Source: Mytilus edulis (lineage: Eukaryota). From it: a DNA stretch of 64,000 bases. Positions 1 through 9,599 of this stretch are shown here, one piece after another. Positions within the stretch are counted from its first letter, which is position 1; every line of letters starts with the position of its first letter. The translations under genes and the position numbers were made by a program. A model generated the notes under the pieces. It worked only from the letters and a program-made list of their open reading frames with translations. It did no database searches and had not been told where the DNA came from. Location: assembly GCF_963676685.1 (NCBI RefSeq), contig NC_092344.1:44206001-44270000 (forward strand). Direction: 5' to 3'.

Positions 1-195
1 TTTCCTTGTATGTCAAGAAACATAGCTCCTATGGCTAAAATAGAACATAGGAGAAAATGATTTTTTTTTGCTTTTGAAGAAAATAGGACGATTCAAAGAA
101 CATTTAAATAAATTGAAAAGCCAAAATAATCATTGATGAGAGATTAAACCAAAAAAATTCAGGTGAGCGATTCAGGCTCTTGAGAGCCTCTTGTT
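1..195 (+). mobile_element. End of a non-autonomous Helentron/HINE-type element (same family as 29357-32250)
   Basis: Ends in CAGGTGAGCGATTCAGGCTC-TTGA-GAGCCTCTTGTT (terminal hairpin). This is nearly the reverse complement of the terminus at 29357. A solo copy of the terminus lies at 3063-3097. Confidence 0.65.
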
Positions 196-540
196 ATTAT
201 TGATAATAATAATCTCTGATACTTTAAAAAGTTGTTTAGTCATTATTTAATATCCAGAAACCCAAAGATATTGTTTTTAAATTAAAGATTGGCAACAATC
301 TTTACACTGGTGTTAGTCAAATACTATTAATCAAATATGTGTTTTTCTGTCAAGCTGTTTCTTGGTTAAGGAGATTGATGTATATATAGATTCCACACAC
401 TATTTCTTCACTGATGACATATAGATTTTCAAATTTAGAATAAGAGGCTTGTAGAGTGGAAAAATACTATATAGCATGGGATTGGGAGGTGGGATCTGTT
501 TCTCAACAATATTTAGACTCTTTTTATTCATGTTTTGTAG

Positions 541-638
541 ATGGGAAGTGATATCTAAATTCATCAAACAGCACATAACAGATAGCAACAAAGGTGCTAA
601 GGATGTGTTAGCAAAGGCTAAAGATTTACAGAAAAATG
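541..638 (+). CDS. DNAJC2: DNAJC2 (MPP11/ZRF1) internal exon, SANT1 end
   Basis: AG/GT-bounded; encodes (R)WEVISKFIKQHITDSNKGAKDVLAKAKDLQKN, resembling the vertebrate DNAJC2 motif RWEVIA...AKDVIGKAKSLQK. Upstream exons lie outside the window. Confidence 0.9.
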
Positions 639-1119
639 GTAAGTTCTAATAAACATTGTTAAAGTAATCTGTTCACTGTACTCAATAACAATAGTAGTGA
701 GGCAAACAGAAGTTTCTATGGTATATGATGACAATAGTAGAGTGACAGAACTAAACACAGAAATTTTATGTTTGGCCTTACAATAATAGGGAGGTCTAAA
801 GTTTATACTGTTCAACAATTGTTGATTGTTGGTTGCTTAATATCCACTGGCAAATATTTCATGCATGTTCAATCAGGAGGATGTAGAGAAACAGAGTATT
901 AATATCAAGAATAAAGCTTCAATAATGTTACCAATTTTGTACAGAATTAAATTGTTAATTTAATCTTCAATGTCATAATCTAACAAACTAAAAAAAAATC
1001 ACAAATTTGGTTTTGATGAAATCCATGTTTAGTTTTGTAGATTTATGATAATAGAATTTTTGCATGTAACAGAAAATCATTGTTTGTTTACTTACTTTCA
1101 AGTTCTTTTGAATTTCCAG

Positions 1120-1239
1120 ATTTTGTTCTGAAAATGGAGGCCGACAAGAAAGCATTTGAAAAATTTGAGACTCAGCAGAAATCCAAAGTAACATGTGAAG
1201 CTCAACCAAAGGAAGGAGTTACCAGTGAAAGGTTTGAAA
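1120..1239 (+). CDS. DNAJC2: DNAJC2 exon (inter-SANT linker)
   Basis: CAG|...|GTAAGT, phase-compatible with neighbours; DFVLKMEADKKAFEKFETQQ...SERFE. Confidence 0.88.
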
Positions 1240-1920
1240 GTAAGTGTCTATTGAATCTAAAGTAAATATCTGAAATACAAAGTAAATAGGTCAAATCCAA
1301 AGTACAGAAGAGGCTCAACCAAATGATTGAGTTACTAGTGAACTATTTGAAAGTAAGTGTCTATTGAATCTGAAGTATTCATGGAATCAACAAAAATTTA
1401 CATATGCTATAAACAAGTTATTTCTCTTCATATTCTGGATATCAAAAGAGATTCTAATGAAAAACTGTTCACTTCAATACTTCCACTTGCATGCCTCTTC
1501 ATTTATTTGCAATTTCACTTTGCTACTTCTGTGTTTGAGGTCTATTTTGCAGACTATTTATGTCACAAAAGAGAGCATCATTAGGGTGAATGATTTTTAT
1601 GATTAACCACCTTAATAATTATAGATGGTGGTATGACCATTGTGTTTTTCCAGGACAGATCTCGTAAGTGAGATTTGTTGAACAGCCAATTCCACATTTT
1701 TGTGGTATTATTAGTAATTTTCAGGTATATTAAAACTTCTGTAATTTGTAAATGATGAAACTTTATTATTTACTTCTGCATAAAATGAAAGGTAAATCGC
1801 TTAATATTCGTGTAAAATGTGCGTTGTGTTGTAGTTTTCTTTAAATTATTTTTGTTTAAAATGACTTAATTGTCACACTACATATTCTTCATTGTCATGT
1901 TTTATTGTATTTTTTTGTAG

Positions 1921-2099
1921 AGGTTTACGAGCAGCAAATAAGGGAAACTGGGACAAATCCAGCACCTTGGACAGCAGAGGAGCAGAAAATTTTAGAACAA
2001 GCTTTAAAAACCTTTCCTGCCAGTGTAGGGGATAGATGGGAAAAGATATCTGAGACATTACCCACCAGGAGTAAGAAAGATTGTATGAAAAGATATAAG
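1921..2099 (+). CDS. DNAJC2: DNAJC2 exon (SANT2)
   Basis: [45 protein letters not shown], a SANT/Myb repeat; TAG|...|GTATG. Confidence 0.93.
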
Positions 2100-2139
2100 G
2101 TATGACTATGAAGGATACATTGTTATTGTTATGATTATG

Positions 2140-2955
2140 TAAGGACTGGGCAGTTCAAGATGGAAGGTTCAACACCACAAAAGGAAGGTTGGGAATGATT
2201 TTATGCATGATGGTCCAACCGTATGGGAATTAGGGGCCTAAATCAAGCATTTTTCTAACTTCAAGATAATAACTTGTGTAAAAGTATTTCGATTGCCCTG
2301 AAATTGTACCACAATGTTCAATACCACAAGTAGAAGGTTGGGTTTCATTTTGGAGGTTATGGTGCCAACAGTTGAGGAATTAAGGGCCAAAAATAAGCAT
2401 TTTTGTAGTTTCCAGACAATTACTTGTGTGTAATTTTATGGATGTCTCTGACATTGTACCACAAGGTTCCATATTACAAAGTAAAGGCTGGGAATGAGTT
2501 TGGGGGGGGGGGGGGTAATTGCCCTAAACATGCAGGAATTAGGGGCTGAAAAAGGACCAACAAGGATTTATCTATTTTCAGGACAATAACTTCTGTCAAT
2601 AAAGGCAATAAAGGAGAGGCTGTGATTGGGTATGGGGGTAATTGTTTCAATGGGGGATTCAAAAAGTTTGGAAGCGGGCGGATTTTATTAAGGGGTTCAT
2701 TTTTTGTTTGTTTTAAATTTCCAATTTTTTTTTAAAGTTTCAAGAAGAAATTTCCAACTGCACAGTATTGCACAATATATTTCTTTGATTTTTGACCATT
2801 TATTTTCTGTCAGAAACCTGTTTTATGTCTAAAATTTGATCACAATCCAAATTCAGACAGTATCAAGCTTGAATATTGTGTCAAAATTTGCCCCAACTGT
2901 TCAGGGTTCGGCCTCTGTGGTCGTATCAGGCTGCACTCAGCGAAGCATTTTATTT
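2140..2955 (+). mobile_element. Degenerate 5'-truncated HINE-type element in a DNAJC2 intron (family of 4621-6867)
   Basis: Shares ACCACAAAAGGAAGGTTGG...GGAATTAGGGGCC repeat units with 4621-6867; ends in GGTCGTATCAGGCTGCACTCAGCGAAGC, where GGTCGTAT is the inverse of that element's ATACGACC start. Confidence 0.6.
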
Positions 2956-3221
2956 GTTATTATTTTAGATATCATTATAGTATCTAATACTATCCATTTA
3001 TCTAATTCTATTAATTATAATTTTAACCTTATTTTGCATGATTTTTAAAGCATCGGTAAATACAGGTGAGCGACCCAGGCTCTTGAGAGCCTTTAGTTAT
3101 GTCAAGTGGGAAATTTTGCCAAGGGGTCTTTTTTTGGCTTATTTTGTAACAATACACCCTCAATTTATACTTCTCAAAAATAAAGCATTGAACAGTATTA
3201 TAATTTGCCTATATTTTACAG

Positions 3222-3284
3222 GAATTGGTAGAAATTATACGAGCCAAGAAAGCTGCAAAAGATGCAGCTGCCAAGAAGAAGTGA
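3222..3284 (+). CDS. DNAJC2: DNAJC2 last coding exon
   Basis: CAG|ELVEIIRAKKAAKDAAAKKK-TGA; AATAAA at 3289 and 3954. Confidence 0.9.
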   Translation, partial: ELVEIIRAKKAAKDAAAKKK

Positions 3285-4130
3285 GAAGAATAAACAACGT
3301 GATAAAAAACTTGTAGAAGGACATTATATATATATAGACTACTGACAAATCTGAAATTACTCCAGTACAATTGTTTATGACCATTCAGTTAAATGTTCAT
3401 TACAAAAAGTTACATGTATAATGATTAAGAATATGTATGTCATGTCAAATAGTCATGTGATAATACAATATTCCTGTATTTTTTCAAAAAATACTTAACA
3501 TATTAAACTGTTATTTACTTAAGCTTGTTACTGTGTTTGTTTGATGCCCCTACTGAACTCAGTTAGGGGTACATAGTGGTTCACATGTCAGTCTCTTTAT
3601 TGGTCCTTCTGTCTCACCTAACCTAATCTCAATATAATTTAAACCTAATGTCATGGGCATAAAATACAGGTAAAGTTTGATTGAATTTTTTTTAACCAGT
3701 TAAGTGATATGTTTCTTAAAATTGGAAGTATCAATACAAGATCTACAAAAATGCCAATACGACTGAAACCATTTGATGAATCCTAATATGATTTATTGCC
3801 CTAAATTATTTTACGATTATTTTCAGAATTATCTTAAAAACTAGAATTGATAAGTAGAAGCTGTAAACAGCAGTCTTACAACAATTATTTTGTCTGCTTT
3901 CAAAAGTACCATATGATTGAAAGTTGATTTTTTTATAACATGATGTCATAGACAATAAACTGCAGGTAAAGTGTAATTTTGACAGATTTGATATATCGGA
4001 TAAAGGTATGCTAAAGGAAAATGTTTACATGGTTTACCGTAACAATCGAATGGACAAAATAAAAGCATCCTTGAAATCGCAACAAGCTCCTTCGACGGAG
4101 CCTGTTGTGATTTCAAGGATGCTTGGGTAT

Positions 4131-4620
4131 CTAAAACTGACTCAAGGCAAGACGGACTGAGATGGCATCAGCACGTTTTTCAACAGAGGGTTCAAGCATA
4201 GAGGAGACAAGGGATTTTACGATGTCGCTAGTGTTTTCGGGTGAAAAGAGAGGGTGTTTGAGAGTTGAGCTTTGACCATAGAGGTTGCGTCACTATCGGA
4301 GAATGGGAAAGCTCCGAAGAGCATGACGTAGAGCATAACTCCCATACTCCACATGTCGGCTTTCATGGTGTTGTGTTCCATTCCCATAATAACTTCGGGG
4401 GCAGCGTATGGGAGGGTTCCACAAAATTCTTCAGATTCGGCAACAACAACGGTTGATTTGGCAAATCCAAAATCGGCCAGTTTGACACATCCATTTGATA
4501 ACAAGACGTTTTCTAATTTAATGTCATTGTGGGCGATTCCGTTTAAGTGGCAGTATTCGACTGCTTTGACAACTTGAGAGAAGACAGATAGGGTGGCTTC
4601 AACGGACATGAGGCCGTTTT
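4131..4620 (-). pseudogene. 5'-truncated, frameshifted kinase copy (copy 0)
   Basis: Matches the C-terminal two thirds of the array ORF; frameshift near 4240 (TCGGGTGAAAAG vs TCGGGGAAAG); broken by the element at 4621. Confidence 0.92.
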
Positions 4621-6867
4621 TATACGACCGCAAAATTTGAAAAAATTTTCGTCGTATATTGCTATCACGTTGGCGTCGTCGTCGTCCGAATACTTTTAGT
4701 TTTCGCACTCTAACTTTAGTAAAAATGAATAGAAATCTGTGAAATTTTAACACAAGGTTTATGACCACAAAAGGAAGGTTGGAATTGATTTTGGGAGTTT
4801 TAGTCCCAACATTTTAGGAATTAGGGGCCAAAAAGGGCCCAAATAAGCATTTTCTTGGTTTTCGCACTATAACTTTAGTTTAAGTAAATAGAAATCTATG
4901 AAATTTTGACATAAGGTTTATGACCACAAAAGAAAGGTTGGGATTGATTTTGGGAGTTTTGGTTCCAACAGTTTAGGAATTAGGGGCCAAAAAAGGGCCA
5001 AAATAAGCATTATTCTTGGTTTTCGCACAATAACTTTAGTTTAAGTAAATAGAAATCAATGAAATTTTAACACAAGCATACCCGTAGCCAGGGGGGGTTC
5101 GGGGGGTTCGGACGAACCCCCCCTTGAAAACAAATAATGACTGTTAAAGTCAACGTTCTGTTCGAATTGTGACTGTAAAAGTCGAGTTTTTGAGGCCAAC
5201 GAACCCCCCTTTGGAAATTCCTGGCTACGGGCCTGACAAGGTTTATGACCACAAAAGGAAGGTTGGGATTGATTTTTGGAGTTGAGGTCACAACAGTTTA
5301 TGAACTAGGGGCCAAAAAGGGGCCCAAATAAGCATTATTTTTGGTTTTTGCACCGTAACTTTAGTATAAGTAAATAGAAATCTATGAAATTTAAACACAA
5401 GGTTTATGACCATAAAAGGAAGGTTGGGTTTGATTTTGGGAGTTTTGGTCCTTACAGTTTAGGAATAAGGGTCCCAAAGGGTCCAAAATTGAACTTTGTG
5501 TGATTTCATCAAAAATTGAATAATTGGGGTTCTTTGATATGACGAATCTAACTATGTATGTAGATTCTTAAATTTTGGTCCCGTTTTCAAATTGGTCTAC
5601 ATTAAGATCCAAAGGGTCCAAAATTAAACTTAGTTTGATTTTAACAAAAATTGAATCCTTGGGGTTCTTTGATATGCTGAATTTAAAAATGTACTTAGAT
5701 TTTTAATTATTGGCCTAGTTTTCAAGTTGGTCCAAATGGGGGTCCAAAATTAAACTTTGTTTGATTTCATCAAAAATTGAATAAATGGGTTCTTTGATAT
5801 GCCAAATCTAACTGTGTATGTAGATTCTTAATTTTTGGTCCAGTTTTCAAATTGGTCTACATTAAGGTCCAAAGGGTCCAAAATTAAACTAAGTTTGATT
5901 TTAACAAAAATTAAATTCTTGGGCTTATTTGATATGCTTTATCTAAATATGTACTTTGATTTTTGATTATGGGCCCAGTTTTCAAGTTGGTCCAAATCAG
6001 GATTCCATATCAAGTATTGTGCAATAGCAAGAAATTTTCAATTGCACAGTATTGCACAATAGCAAGAAATATCTAATTGCACAATATTGTGCAATAGCAA
6101 TTAATTTTCAATTGGAGTTATCTTTCTTTGTATAGAATAGTAGTTGATAATATATGTTGGAAATTTGCCAGACATGACTATGATGTCATTTTCTATTTTT
6201 ATTTGCCAATAACTTTATGTAAATAACTTCATTGGAAATTTGCCAATATAAAATGTTGCTGATGAAGCTGTTTTTCCTTATCTTATCTAAAATGTTTTTA
6301 GATAATGTATGTTGGACATTTGCCAGACATGACTATGATGTCATTTTCTATTTTTATTTGCCAATAACTTTATGTAAATAACTTCATTGGAAATTTGCCA
6401 ATATAAAATGTTGCTGATGAAGTTTTTTTTATTGTTTTATACAATAAACAATGTATATTCACTTTTACTACCAACCAATCTTTACCATTCAGTGATAACA
6501 AGCACTTTATTTTACATTTTAATATTTTATGATGTATTTAAAAGAGTAGTTATTGTTGCAAACTCCATTAGAAATTTGACTTGATATCAGTTTTGGAAAA
6601 AAGGGAAACGGGGATGTGAAAAAGGGGGGGGGGGTAAATTTTTCTCATTTCAGATTTCATAAATAAAAAGAAAATTTCTTCAAACATTTTTTTGAGAGGA
6701 TTAATATTCAACAGCATAGTGAATTGCTAAAAGGCAAAAACAAACTTTTAAGTTCATTAGACCACATTCATTCTGTGTCAGAAACCTATGCTGTGTCAAC
6801 TATTTAATTTTAGATTTAAAAAGTTTGAAGAAGAAATCTTTAATTGTAAAATTTGTAAAATCTTGAC
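4621..6867 (+). mobile_element. Non-autonomous Helentron/HINE (DINE-like) element, 3'-truncated
   Basis: Starts in a T-run with TATACGAC...GTCGTATA inverted repeat and a (GTC)n microsatellite, then internal tandem repeats. Lacks the terminal hairpin seen in the related copy at ~2920-2950. Confidence 0.75.
5077..5235. mobile_element. 159-bp MITE nested in the HINE
   Basis: TIRs CATACCCGTAGCCAGG / CCTGGCTACGGGCCTG; 5-bp target duplication ACAAG at 5072-5076 and 5236-5240. Confidence 0.88.
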
Positions 6868-6919
6868 AGGTATGCTAAAGGAAAATGTTTACATGGTTTA
6901 CCGTAACAATCGAATGGAC

Positions 6920-6988
6920 AAAAAAAAAGCATCCTTGAAATCGCAACAAGCTCCTACGACGGAGCCTGTTGTGATTTCAAGGATGCTT
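6920..6988 (-). terminator. 28-bp stem-loop plus T9/T10 tract just after the kinase stop codon (one per unit); putative 3'-end formation element
   Basis: Arms 6927-6954 and 6961-6988 (26/28 Watson-Crick), 6-nt loop, A-run 6920-6928 on +. Structure is certain; function is inferred. Confidence 0.6.
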
Positions 6989-6994
6989 GGGTAT

Positions 6995-7732
6995 CTAAAA
7001 CTGACTCAAGGCAAGACGGACTGAGATGGCATCAGCACGTTTTTCAACAGAGGGTTCAAGCATAGAGGAGACAAGGGATTTTACGATGTCGCTAGTGTTT
7101 TCGGGGAAAGAGAGGGTGTTTGAGAGTTGAGCTTTGACCATAGAGGTTGCGTCACTATCGGAGAATGGGAAAGCTCCGAAGAGCATGACGTAGAGCATAA
7201 CTCCCATACTCCACATGTCGGCTTTCATGGTGTTGTGTTCCATTCCCATAATAACTTCGGGGGCAGCGTATGGGAGGGTTCCACAAAATTCTTCAGATTC
7301 GGCAACAACAACGGTTGATTTGGCAAATCCAAAATCGGCCAGTTTGACACATCCATTTGATAACAAGACGTTTTCTAATTTAATGTCATTGTGGGCGATT
7401 CCGTTTAAGTGGCAGTATTCGACTGCTTTGACAACTTGAGAGAAGACAGATAGGGTGGCTTCAACGGACATGAGGCCGTTTTTCATTATGTATTCAAAAA
7501 CATCTCCGAATTCAGCGAATTCCATCAAAACGAAGGCAAATTCTTCGGCTTCGATGATTTCAATGGCTTCGACAATGTTTTCGTGTTTGAGGCTGAGGAA
7601 AGCTTCAAACTCAGTAGAGGTTTTGAGGACTTTTTTAATTGCAACTTTACCGAATACTTCGCTAGAGGCGGAGAAAACTTCTTCAGTTAGGGCTACAACG
7701 TTTGAAAGTCCACTGTTCAATAAAAATTCCAT
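6995..7732 (-). CDS. Intronless Ser/Thr kinase, CAMK group (TSSK/AMPK-like), copy 1
   Basis: 245 aa; VAIK, alphaC Glu, HNDIKLEN, DFG, FCGTLPYAAPE, DMWSMGV, subdomain XI Arg. Confidence 0.92.
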   Translation of the reverse strand: MEFLLNSGLSNVVALTEEVFSASSEVFGKVAIKKVLKTSTEFEAFLSLKHENIVEAIEIIEAEEFAFVLMEFAEFGDVFEYIMKNGLMSVEATLSVFSQVVKAVEYCHLNGIAHNDIKLENVLLSNGCVKLADFGFAKSTVVVAESEEFCGTLPYAAPEVIMGMEHNTMKADMWSMGVMLYVMLFGAFPFSDSDATSMVKAQLSNTLSFPENTSDIVKSLVSSMLEPSVEKRADAISVRLALSQF

Positions 7733-7740
7733 TTTAAATT

Positions 7741-7795
7741 GGCGTGAATTTAGTGTAATAAAGGTATCAAAATACTGAAATTCACGCCTTATATA
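7741..7795 (-). promoter_or_regulatory. TATA box and adjacent inverted repeat upstream of the kinase ATG (one per unit)
   Basis: Minus strand TATATAA (7795-7789), then GGCGTGAATTT...AAATTCACGCC (7788-7741), then ATG at 7732. Confidence 0.6.
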
Positions 7796-8861
7796 GTGAT
7801 ATGGCTGCTACGGACTGTTCCAATAATTGATGCTCAAGGGTGGAAAGTTCAAATAAAGGCTTTCTTACACAATAAAACAGTACATTATTGAACAATCTCC
7901 CCTTTTCATTAATGGTAACTACTCTTACAAACGGTAAACAAAGTATTTGGTTGTACTAGGGCATTTATCTTATAAGTTTACCGTGTTGCCTTTTAACTGT
8001 GGTGTTTACCGTAACCATAAACTTTTACGATAAAGGTTTGCCGTAACCCAACAAGTCATTATACAGTTCAGTTTACCGTTTCGTCGTATGCAAAAATTAC
8101 CACAGCAAGCCAAATGTAAACCGATGAAATCATTTTCGTTTTAAAAGAAGATATGTGTTACCAATATATTTAAGTTATTGGGATTAGAACACGATTCCAT
8201 AAAATATATAACTATGGACTGACCATAAATTCTTGTTTACTGTAACCACATGAAATCGGTTACAAAGCCGATTCTCAAACCTTCAATACAAAGAAAGTTA
8301 GAGGATTGTTAGAGAATAATAGTCAACTTGTTTTCCATTTCTCCCCAAACCCATGAACCTCCGGCTGTAATTTTAAAATGCATTCTTGTTTACCGTAACC
8401 GCTCAATATATTAGTCCCATAATCCCATTATCACAATTAGAATATCTTATGTTATCCTTATAAGCTACAGCTTGCTTTGTTACGGGATTGTGCGGTGATA
8501 CGGTAAACTAGAATAACAATTAATGAATAGACGAAGTCGTAGCTTGCGCCTTCTAATTTTCTGTTTCTCTGCATTCAAGGTTTTTCGGAAGAAACCATTT
8601 TTAATTCACGTCACAGTAAGTCTATTAATGAAAATAGAATGAGTTTGTTGAAACAAAGAAGATGGGAAGATGAATGGAATATAAAATTGATTGATACAAT
8701 TATGTTTACCGTACCCTTATATTGTATCGGATAAAGGTATGCTAAAGGAAAATGTTTACATGGTTTACCGTAACAATCGAATGGACAAAAAAAAAGCATC
8801 CTTGAAATCGCAACAAGCTCCTACGACGGAGCCTGTTGTGATTTCAAGGATGCTTGGGTAT

Positions 8862-9599
8862 CTAAAACTGACTCAAGGCAAGACGGACTGAGATGGCATC
8901 AGCACGTTTTTCAACAGAGGGTTCAAGCATAGAGGAGACAAGGGATTTTACGATGTCGCTAGTGTTTTCGGGGAAAGAGAGGGTGTTTGAGAGTTGAGCT
9001 TTGACCATAGAGGTTGCGTCACTATCGGAGAATGGGAAAGCTCCGAAGAGCATGACGTAGAGCATAACTCCCATACTCCACATGTCGGCTTTCATGGTGT
9101 TGTGTTCCATTCCCATAATAACTTCGGGGGCAGCGTATGGGAGGGTTCCACAAAATTCTTCAGATTCGGCAACAACAACGGTTGATTTGGCAAATCCAAA
9201 ATCGGCCAGTTTGACACATCCATTTGATAACAAGACGTTTTCTAATTTAATGTCATTGTGGGCGATTCCGTTTAAGTGGCAGTATTCGACTGCTTTGACA
9301 ACTTGAGAGAAGACAGATAGGGTGGCTTCAACGGACATGAGGCCGTTTTTCATTATGTATTCAAAAACATCTCCGAATTCAGCGAATTCCATCAAAACGA
9401 AGGCAAATTCTTCGGCTTCGATGATTTCAATGGCTTCGACAATGTTTTCGTGTTTGAGGCTGAGGAAAGCTTCAAACTCAGTAGAGGTTTTGAGGACTTT
9501 TTTAATTGCAACTTTACCGAATACTTCGCTAGAGGCGGAGAAAACTTCTTCAGTTAGGGCTACAACGTTTGAAAGTCCACTGTTCAATAAAAATTCCAT
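8862..9599 (-). CDS. Array kinase copy 2
   Basis: Identical 245-aa translation. Confidence 0.92.
   Translation of the reverse strand: MEFLLNSGLSNVVALTEEVFSASSEVFGKVAIKKVLKTSTEFEAFLSLKHENIVEAIEIIEAEEFAFVLMEFAEFGDVFEYIMKNGLMSVEATLSVFSQVVKAVEYCHLNGIAHNDIKLENVLLSNGCVKLADFGFAKSTVVVAESEEFCGTLPYAAPEVIMGMEHNTMKADMWSMGVMLYVMLFGAFPFSDSDATSMVKAQLSNTLSFPENTSDIVKSLVSSMLEPSVEKRADAISVRLALSQF

Noticed and set aside
4217-4768. 183-aa kinase-like ORF
   Set aside because: Chimera of transposon sequence and the frameshifted copy 0; lacks the N-lobe.
6920-6928. A-run as the poly(A) remnant of a retrocopy
   Set aside because: It is T on the coding strand, the wrong polarity for a retrogene tail.
6920-6988. Hairpin + T-run as evidence of bacterial contamination or Pol III transcription
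   Set aside because: The kinase is eukaryotic-type, has a TATA box and is interrupted by a host transposon. T5 runs within the sense strand of the ORF would stop Pol III early.
7127-7778. Plus-strand ORFs (63, 74, 107 aa) overlapping every kinase copy
   Set aside because: Antisense shadows of a codon-biased ORF; no recognisable domain.
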